From positions 7,602 to 71,601 of the forward strand of contig NZ_JBIKSU010000004.1 in assembly GCF_044348475.1 (NCBI RefSeq): 64,000 nucleotides of DNA, read 5' to 3'. Below the pieces are notes generated by a model. That model made no database searches, was not told the origin of the DNA, and worked only from the letters and a program-made list of their open reading frames with translations. Both the position numbers and the translations under genes were made by a program. Positions within the stretch are counted from its first letter, which is position 1. Every line of letters begins with the position of its first letter. Source of the stretch: Daejeonella sp. Its GTDB lineage: Bacteria > Bacteroidota > Bacteroidia > Sphingobacteriales > Sphingobacteriaceae. This document shows, in pieces, positions 49,576-56,252 of this stretch.

Positions 49576-50895
49576 GTGATACCAATACTAATCCTCTGTT
49601 CTTCCATACTGCTGCTTTTACTACTCATAATGGTGGTAAAATTAAATGCCTTTACTGCATTGATTCTCTCAACGCTGTTTGTAGGATTGTGCAATTCTAT
49701 GGTATTATCCACTATTGTAAAATCTATCAGTAATGGTATTGGGAGTACACTTGGGTCTACCTTATTAATTTTAGGTTTTGGCGTTTTATTCGGAAGTGTA
49801 CTTTCTGAAACAGGGGCCGCCCAAAGAATAAGTATTGGCCTAGTAAATTTATTTGGAGTAAAACGAATAAAAATTGCAATGGCTTTAACTGGCTTCGTAG
49901 TAGGCATTGCCATGTTTTATAATGCAGGTTTTATCATATTAATACCCTTGGTATTTTCTGTGGCGCTAAATACTGGACAGCCTCTGGTTTATTTAGGCAT
50001 TGCATTAACCAGCGCACTTTCTGTAACCCATGGTTTTTTACCCCCGCATCCAGGACCAAGCACCATTGCTATTATTTTTAAAGCAGATATTGGGAAAACA
50101 TTATTGTATGGAACCCTGATATCTATTCCTGCAATAATTATGGCCGGATTAATTTTTCCTGAGTTTGTTAAAAAAATCAAAGCCAACCCACCTAAAGAAA
50201 TTTTTAATATCAAACATTTTGAAGACAATGAAATGCCTGGGTTCAATACCAGTGTTATCGTAGCACTGATCCCGGTTATTTTAATGGGTTTTGCTACTGC
50301 AAGTACTTTATTATTGCCTACTACATCTTCTATTACAAAAACCCTGCAGTTTATTGGCGATCCCGGCATTGCCATGTTACTTGCCTTGTTGATAGCCATC
50401 TTTGTTTTGGGTATTGCTAGAGGAATAAAAATGAAAACGTTAATGGATAAATCAGCTTTATCCTTAAATGCCGTTACAACAATACTCATGCTAATTGCAG
50501 CTGGTGGTGCATTTAAACAGATATTATTGGATAGTGGAACAGGTGATGCCATAGTTGGCTTTTTTAAAGGCTCCACCTTATCGCCGCTTTTACTCGGATG
50601 GCTAATTGCAACGCTGCTTAGAATAGCGGTGGGCTCTGCAACAGTTGCAGGATTAACGGCAGCAGGAATTGTACAACCATTGATTGGACCTATGCAAGTT
50701 AATCCTGAATTAATGGTACTTTCTATTGGTGCCGGTAGCTTAATGTGTTCTCATGTAAATGATACCGGGTTCTGGATTTTTAAAGAATATTTTGGATTAA
50801 GCATAAAAGATACATTTAAAACATGGAGCATCATGGAAACCATTGTAGGCATTATGGGATTATTTGGAGTATTAGCCTTAAATACATTTTTATAA
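49576..50895 (+). CDS. GntP family permease
   Basis: 439-aa polytopic ORF with a GTG start. The overall GntP-like pattern is present (GAAQRI, PPHPGP, GSAT.A). Confidence 0.82.
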   Translation: MIPILILCSSILLLLLLIMVVKLNAFTALILSTLFVGLCNSMVLSTIVKSISNGIGSTLGSTLLILGFGVLFGSVLSETGAAQRISIGLVNLFGVKRIKIAMALTGFVVGIAMFYNAGFIILIPLVFSVALNTGQPLVYLGIALTSALSVTHGFLPPHPGPSTIAIIFKADIGKTLLYGTLISIPAIIMAGLIFPEFVKKIKANPPKEIFNIKHFEDNEMPGFNTSVIVALIPVILMGFATASTLLLPTTSSITKTLQFIGDPGIAMLLALLIAIFVLGIARGIKMKTLMDKSALSLNAVTTILMLIAAGGAFKQILLDSGTGDAIVGFFKGSTLSPLLLGWLIATLLRIAVGSATVAGLTAAGIVQPLIGPMQVNPELMVLSIGAGSLMCSHVNDTGFWIFKEYFGLSIKDTFKTWSIMETIVGIMGLFGVLALNTFL

Positions 50896-50955
50896 ACCGC
50901 AGTAAATAATTTGAACAAACCGTGCATTTTTTGCTTGATTTTTAACACTAAGAAC

Positions 50956-52536
50956 ATGAAAACAATATTTCTATTGGGTTCTATATTTTTTTGCTCATTT
51001 GTTGTAAATGGACAAACAATAGCAGACCTGCTTATTCGAAATGGAAAAATTTATGACGGTACAGGAAATTCCTGGTATTATGGTGATTTGGCAATAAAAA
51101 ATGGCAGAATTATCAAAACCGGACATATAGCTGATATGCAGGCCAAAAAGACCATTGATGCCAAAGGCTTGATCGTGGCACCTGGTTTTATTGATGTTCA
51201 TGGGCATATTGAAGGGGGTATTACTGAAACTCCCACAGCTAATAACTATATTTTTGATGGCGTAACAACAGTTATTACTGGCAATTGTGGAGGGTCGGCT
51301 GAAAATATTGGCTCTTTTTTTCAAGAAATCAATACAATCAGGCCTTCTATTAATGTTGCCACTCTATTCGGGCATAATACCGTTCGAGCACAAGTCATGA
51401 ACAGAGATAACAGAACTCCCACAAATCTGGAACAGAAAAAGATGGAAAGTCTGGTAGAACAAGCAATGAAACAAGGTGCTGTTGGTTTGTCTACAGGATT
51501 AATCTATATCCCAGGTACATTCGCCAAAACGGAAGAGGTTAGCGGACTGGCTAGGGCAGCAGGAAAGTATAAGGGTGTTTACGCATCTCATATCCGGAAT
51601 GAGGAAAATAAAGCAGTTGATGCTATTAATGAGGCAATAAATATTGGTAAAGAAGCAAATATTCCTGTACAGATCTCTCACTTTAAGATAGGTGGTAAAT
51701 CAAATTGGGGCAAATCAAACATTACCCTTGGCTTAGTAAAACAGGCGCGCCTTGACGGTTGGGATGTTACGATCGATCAATATCCATACACCGCAAGCAG
51801 CACGAATCTGGGAATACGATTACCAGACTGGGCGTTTGCAGGCGGAAACGATAGCATGAAGGTACGTTTGAACAACCCGCTTGTAAGAGCTCAGATCAAA
51901 AAAGAAATGTTGCAGCAGTTAGCCAGCTATAAATTTCCTAATTACAGCTATGCAGTTGTTGCCAACTATCCTTCAGACACCACTTACAATGGAAAGAATA
52001 TCTCTGAAATTAATAAACTGATGGGAAGAAGGGCAAAAGTTAAATTTGAAGCCGAGACCATTATGGATATGGTTGAAAAAGGAGGTGCCCAAATGGTCTA
52101 TAATAGCATGAATGAAGCCGATGTGAAAAATATCATGCAATATCCATTCAGTATGTTTGGTGCTGATGCTGGTGTTCCTGTACCAGGGCGCGGAATGCCA
52201 CATCCACGTGGATATGGTTCTAATGCAAGGGTTTTAGGCAAATATGTCAGAGATGAAAACGTACTTTCCATGGAGGATGCTATTCGGAGGATGACCTCAT
52301 TAGCTGCACAAAAATTCGGGTTAAATGATAGAGGCCTGTTACTCGCAAATTACGCTGCTGATATCGTGATATTCAGCGAATCAGAAGTAACCGACATGGC
52401 TACCTTTCAAAAACCACATGCTTACTCTAAAGGGTTTAAATATGTAGTTGTGAATGGTGAGTTAGTGGTTGAAAACGAAAAACACTTAGGTACCAGAAGT
52501 GGGAAAGCGTTGTATGGGTTGGGGTATGTGGAGTGA
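50956..52536 (+). CDS. N-acyl-D-amino-acid deacylase (D-aminoacylase) family amidohydrolase
   Basis: Started at the ATG at 50956 (MKTIFLLGSIFFCSFVVNGQ signal peptide). Metal motif GFIDVHGH is present, with the D-aminoacylase-like layout. The TGA stop lies inside the first heptad of the downstream repeat array. Confidence 0.85.
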   Translation: MKTIFLLGSIFFCSFVVNGQTIADLLIRNGKIYDGTGNSWYYGDLAIKNGRIIKTGHIADMQAKKTIDAKGLIVAPGFIDVHGHIEGGITETPTANNYIFDGVTTVITGNCGGSAENIGSFFQEINTIRPSINVATLFGHNTVRAQVMNRDNRTPTNLEQKKMESLVEQAMKQGAVGLSTGLIYIPGTFAKTEEVSGLARAAGKYKGVYASHIRNEENKAVDAINEAINIGKEANIPVQISHFKIGGKSNWGKSNITLGLVKQARLDGWDVTIDQYPYTASSTNLGIRLPDWAFAGGNDSMKVRLNNPLVRAQIKKEMLQQLASYKFPNYSYAVVANYPSDTTYNGKNISEINKLMGRRAKVKFEAETIMDMVEKGGAQMVYNSMNEADVKNIMQYPFSMFGADAGVPVPGRGMPHPRGYGSNARVLGKYVRDENVLSMEDAIRRMTSLAAQKFGLNDRGLLLANYAADIVIFSESEVTDMATFQKPHAYSKGFKYVVVNGELVVENEKHLGTRSGKALYGLGYVE

Positions 52537-52798
52537 GGTAAGAAGTGTGTTGTCTGTTGTCTGTTGACTGAGGTAAGAAGTGTGTTGTCTGTTGTCTGTT
52601 GTCTGTTGACTGAGGTAAGAAGTGTGTTGTCTGTTGTCTGTTGTCTGTTGTCTGTTGACTGAGGTATGAAGTATGAAGTATGAAGTATGAGGTAGGAGGT
52701 CTGAGGTAGGAAGGAAGGGAAGGGGTGTTGTCTGTTGTCTGGCTATCGTACCCATCCTGATAACTGATAACTGATAACAGATAACAGATAACTGATAA
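52531..52798. repeat. Heptanucleotide-periodic tandem array filling a convergent intergenic gap
   Basis: 30 in-register heptads span 52531-52740. They form the unit [gaNtgag gtaagaa gtgtgtt (gtctgtt)n] with n=2, 3, 4, followed by gtatgaa-type variants and (gttgtct)x2. A 16-nt unique spacer follows, then 6 heptads ctgataa/cagataa (52757-52798). Confidence 0.95.
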
Positions 52799-52804
52799 CT
52801 CACC

Positions 52805-53590
52805 TTAAAACCGAATAACAAAATCTTCTTTTGCCTGTGCTTTTCTGACGAATACCAGTCCGATTTGAAAAAGATCAAAAGTTACACTGACTTCTGGATG
52901 TGCTTTAATTTGTTCCCAGGCATCTTTCATGTCCTGACTCCTGTAAATATTATCAACTATCAGTATTGATTCCTCGCTTAGCTTTGGTAAACACCACCTA
53001 AAATAGTTCAGAATAGCTTCTTTAGGATGTTTGCCATTTATTAATACGAAATCAAGTTCAGTAATATCTTTAATGACTTCTGGAAACAACTCATCAAAAT
53101 TCCCAACAAGGAGTTCTAAATTTTGAATATTGAGCTTATCAAGATTTTCATGCGTAATTTCTGCTGTTTCAGGATACCTCTCTAAACTAATAATCTGAGC
53201 ATTTGGCGCTGCTTTTGCAAGGTATGCTGTGGTAATACCTAAGCAATTACCCAATTCAATAATAGTTGACGGATTTACATCTAAAACAAGGCGATGAATG
53301 AGCTGATCTAGCCTGGCAGGCTTTAAACTATTCCTGGCAAATGTGCTAATCTTCTTTTGTTTATTCTGGTTAAGAAGTGAACCAACTCCAAGATCAGTGA
53401 TAGGTATACTGCGCACATCAAGGAATAATTCAGACCGTAATTTCTCAATGTCAGAATAAACCTTTTTGGCATGAAAATCATAAATAACTTGATCAACCAG
53501 ACGGTAGGCAAAGGGTGAATGTACGCCATGCCGCGTTTTGGCTTTCAATCGATATTTAAGGAAATCAACCGCCACTTGGAGATTTATCAT
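52805..53590 (-). CDS. class I SAM-dependent methyltransferase (O-methyltransferase-like)
   Basis: 261-aa ORF with a motif I-like IIELGNCLGITTAYLA and an acidic residue after the beta-2 strand (ISLE). Confidence 0.72.
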   Translation of the reverse strand: MINLQVAVDFLKYRLKAKTRHGVHSPFAYRLVDQVIYDFHAKKVYSDIEKLRSELFLDVRSIPITDLGVGSLLNQNKQKKISTFARNSLKPARLDQLIHRLVLDVNPSTIIELGNCLGITTAYLAKAAPNAQIISLERYPETAEITHENLDKLNIQNLELLVGNFDELFPEVIKDITELDFVLINGKHPKEAILNYFRWCLPKLSEESILIVDNIYRSQDMKDAWEQIKAHPEVSVTFDLFQIGLVFVRKAQAKEDFVIRF

Positions 53591-53610
53591 GGGGCTAAAG
53601 ATAGTTTTCA

Positions 53611-53645
53611 GATGTGAGATCTGAAATATGAGATTTGAGATAGAA
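53611..53645. repeat. Short heptad array in a divergent promoter region
   Basis: Five heptads: gatgtga gatctga aatatga gatttga gatagaa. They are flanked by an imperfect inverted repeat, ggctaaag (53593-53600) / cttatagcc (53650-53658). Confidence 0.8.
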
Positions 53646-53689
53646 GAAGCTTATAGCCAAAACCTCATAAGAACAAGCACATTTTTGCG

Positions 53690-53697
53690 TAAATTTG
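53690..53697 (+). promoter_or_regulatory. Candidate -7 box (TAnnTTTG) for the transglutaminase-like gene
   Basis: TAAATTTG lies 9 nt upstream of the ATG at 53707. I found no convincing -33 TTG. Confidence 0.25.
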
Positions 53698-53706
53698 TAA
53701 TCACAA

Positions 53707-54591
53707 ATGAACGAAAAAGAAGTACAATCTCTTATAAAATTGCTCGATGACCCGGATGTTGAAATATCCAGTCACGTGGAAGAAAAGCTCTTGTCTATTG
53801 GCAATGAGGTGATTGGCTATCTGGAAAATGCCTGGTCACATTCTTTAGATGCAATGCTTCAAGAGAGGATTGAAAATCTGGTACACAAGATCCAGTTTAG
53901 TAATGTAAAACGAGAACTCGAACTTTGGTATATCTCAGGATCATACGACCTTTTGCAGGGAATGCTAATCATCAATAAATATCAATACCCAGACCTAGAT
54001 GAACAGAAGATAATCAATCAGATCGAAGATATTAAAAGGGATATCTGGATGCAGTTGATTTATGAAATGAGTGCGGTTGAAAAGGTGAAGATAATCAATC
54101 ATGTAATCTATGAAACTCATGGATTTTCAGGCAATACTAGCAACCATCAGGATCCTCAGAATTCATACCTAAGTCAGGTATTGGAAAGTAGAAAAGGAAA
54201 TCAGATCCTACTGGCAGTAATCTATTCGATTATTGCGCAAAAACTCGATATTCCCATCTATGGGGTTAACCTACCGCAGCATTTTGTGCTGGCCTATGTG
54301 GATGAAGAACCAGCAGAACATAACATTAATTCGGAAAACGATTTCGAAAATCGCATCTTATTTTATATTAATGCATTTAATAAAGGTTTTCTTTTTGGAA
54401 GAAAAGATGTGGATGGATTCTTAAAACAACTTAATCTCAAACCTCAGCATCATTTCTATGAGCCTTGCAGTAATGTTGAGATTATTCAGCGGGTACTTCG
54501 AAACCTCATCAGTGCTTATGAAAAGCTATCATCAGTAGAGAAAGTTGCTGAAGTTCAAGAGATGCTGGGGATTTTTCCGGAACCGAGATAA
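53707..54591 (+). CDS. transglutaminase-like / SirB1 (UPF0162) family protein
   Basis: 294-aa ORF. A central region (NSYLSQVLESRKGNQILLAVIYSIIAQKLDIPIYGVNLPQHF) matches my memory of the transglutaminase-core-2 pattern. Moderate certainty. Confidence 0.55.
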   Translation: MNEKEVQSLIKLLDDPDVEISSHVEEKLLSIGNEVIGYLENAWSHSLDAMLQERIENLVHKIQFSNVKRELELWYISGSYDLLQGMLIINKYQYPDLDEQKIINQIEDIKRDIWMQLIYEMSAVEKVKIINHVIYETHGFSGNTSNHQDPQNSYLSQVLESRKGNQILLAVIYSIIAQKLDIPIYGVNLPQHFVLAYVDEEPAEHNINSENDFENRILFYINAFNKGFLFGRKDVDGFLKQLNLKPQHHFYEPCSNVEIIQRVLRNLISAYEKLSSVEKVAEVQEMLGIFPEPR

Positions 54592-54603
54592 GGGAGGGGG
54601 GAA

Positions 54604-54966
54604 GGTTATAGGTAATAGGTTATAGGTTATAAGTAATAGGTTATAGGTAATAGGTAATAGGTTATAAGTTTAAAGCTGAAAGGGGGAAGCTGAAAGGGGA
54701 AAGCTGAAAGGAGAAAGGCAGTTGTCTGTTATCTGTTGTCTGAGGTATGAAGTATGAGGTCTGAAGCAGAATCTATATCCCAATACTCTATACTCACTAC
54801 TCAATACTCAAAATCTGTTGTCTGTTATCAGTTGTCTGTTGTCTGAAGCAGAATCTATATCTCAATACTCAAAATCTGTTGTCTGTTATCAGTTGTCTGT
54901 TGTCTGAAGCAGAATCTATATCTCAATACGCTATACTCACTACTCACTACTCAAAATCAGTTATCA
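54604..54966. repeat. Mosaic heptanucleotide-periodic array with an embedded 61-bp tandem duplication
   Basis: 30 in-register heptads span 54604-54813, in families ggttata/ggtaata, agctgaa/aggggaa, tgtctgt/tatctgt, ggtatga/agtatga and ctcaata/ctcacta. A 61-bp unit follows at 54810-54870 and repeats at 54871-54929 (identical over 59 nt). A partial copy of that unit lies at 54760-54788. Confidence 0.95.
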
Positions 54967-55005
54967 GATTTTGGGAAATAGAATAAATTTCAAATTAGCA
55001 CTGAA

Positions 55006-55096
55006 TTGTCTTGGTTCTTTGCTCTTGGTTCTTTGTTCTTTACTCTTTACTCCTTGTTCTTTTGTCTTGGATCTTGGTTCTTGATACTTGGATCTA
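55006..55096. repeat. Heptad array (NNNTCTT on plus strand = AAGANNN on minus strand) abutting the prfB stop codon
   Basis: 13 in-register heptads: ttgtctt ggttctt tgctctt ggttctt tgttctt tactctt tactcct tgttctt ttgtctt ggatctt ggttctt gatactt ggatcta. They end 1 nt before the prfB TAG (55098-55100). Confidence 0.9.
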
Positions 55097-55097
55097 A

Positions 55098-56175
55098 CTA
55101 AAATTCCATCAAATAAGCCTTCAAAAATTCATCTAGATCGCCATCAAGAACTGCCTGAGCATTAGATGTTTCATAATTTGTGCGCAGATCTTTCACCAGT
55201 TTATATGGATGTAGCACATAATTCCGAATCTGTGAACCCCATTCTATCTTCTTCTTATTTCCCTCAATGGTTGCTGAAGCTTCTTGACGCTTACGCATTT
55301 CTGCCTCATAAAGCTGCGATTTTAATAGTCGGATAGCATTCTCTTTATTCTGAAGCTGAGAACGTGATTCCTGATTTTTAATGATAATCCCAGATGGTTT
55401 ATGATATAAACGAACGGCGGTTTCTACCTTATTCACATTCTGACCTCCAGCACCGCCAGAGCGGAAGGTTTCAAATTCAATATCTGCCGGGTTAACATAA
55501 ATCTCAATGGTATCATCTACCAATGGGTACACATACACTGAAGCAAATGAGGTATGTCGCTTTGCATTCGAATCAAAAGGTGAAATTCTAACCAACCTAT
55601 GAACACCATTCTCGCCTTTTAAATACCCATAGGCAAAATTACCTTCAAATTGTATGGTTACAGTCTTGATTCCAGCTACATCGCCTTCTTGATAATCTTG
55701 TTCACTAACCTTAAATCCATGCTTTTCGCCCCACATAACATACATTCTGAGTAGCATAGCTGCCCAGTCGCAACTTTCGGTACCTCCAGCCCCGGCAGTA
55801 ATTTGCATCACCGCATTCAGCTGATCTTCTTCAGAACTGAGCATATTTTTGAACTCTAGCTCTTCTATCTTTTTAACTGTAATATCAAATTGCTCCTTTA
55901 GTTCAGATTCTGTGGCATCTCCAGATTGGAAAAAATCGAGCATGACAGTAACATCTTCAACGGATGCTTCCGCAAGTTGGAACTCATCGGTCCATTTTTT
56001 CTTAGTGTTTATTGAATGTAATGCTTTTTCGGCCTCCTTAGGGTCATCCCAGAAATCGGGTCTCAGGGCAATATCCTGTTCATTTTTGAGATCATCTAAC
56101 TTCTTGTCGATGTCAAAGATGCCTCCTCAGAGACGTTATTCTGTCTCTTAAATCCTGAATATTTTCTTTGGTCAT
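55098..56175 (-). CDS. prfB: peptide chain release factor 2, expressed via a programmed +1 frameshift
   Basis: Frame 0 runs 56175..56116 ([20 protein letters not shown]) and ends at an in-frame TGA (56115-56113). After a +1 shift, 56114..55098 reads [30 protein letters not shown]... into the track ORF (MLDFFQSGD...). SPF and GGQ ([11 protein letters not shown]) motifs are present. The product is about 358 aa. Confidence 0.95.
56113..56127 (-). promoter_or_regulatory. prfB +1 frameshift site with an internal Shine-Dalgarno-like stimulator
   Basis: The minus strand reads AGGAGG CAT CTT TGA C. This is the canonical CUU UGA C slippery/stop context, with an SD-like AGGAGG 3 nt upstream. Confidence 0.9.
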
Positions 56176-56195
56176 AATGCAAAAATAGAAAAAAA

Positions 56196-56243
56196 TTACT
56201 CATCAATTGAGTAAAAGCTGACAGGATATTGAATTTTGTCAGC
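56196..56243 (-). terminator. Two tandem hairpins with T-runs between the M16 peptidase operon and prfB
   Basis: On the minus strand, GCTGACA-(13 nt)-TGTCAGC is followed by TTTT (56243-56217). TTACTCA-attga-TGAGTAA is followed by TTTTTTT (56214-56196). Confidence 0.5.
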
Positions 56244-56252
56244 CTATAAATC

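Noticed and set aside
49512-50576. Two long minus-strand ORFs (133 and 195 aa) antisense to the GntP permease gene
   Set aside because: Their translations are low-complexity and hydrophobic, mirroring the permease codons, and have no recognisable motifs. The plus-strand GntP reading is far better supported. The same reasoning applies to antisense ORFs at 1069-1422, 6798-7226, 37264-37692, 40646-41008 and 45787-46095.
52486-52878. 130-aa minus-strand ORF with the repetitive peptide QQTTDNRQHTSYLS
   Set aside because: It is a read-through of the heptad arrays, where 42 nt (6 heptads) gives a 14-aa pseudo-repeat. It overlaps the 3' ends of both well-supported convergent genes and has no credible start context.
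54760-54931. CRISPR-like appearance of the 61-bp tandem units
   Set aside because: The units abut directly, with no unique spacers between them. They are themselves made of heptads, and no cas genes or leader are present. This is a segmental duplication, not a CRISPR array.
55849-56151. 100-aa plus-strand ORF, and the apparent N-terminal truncation of RF2
   Set aside because: The ORF is antisense to the prfB 5' region. The apparent truncation is explained by the canonical +1 frameshift at CTT TGA C.
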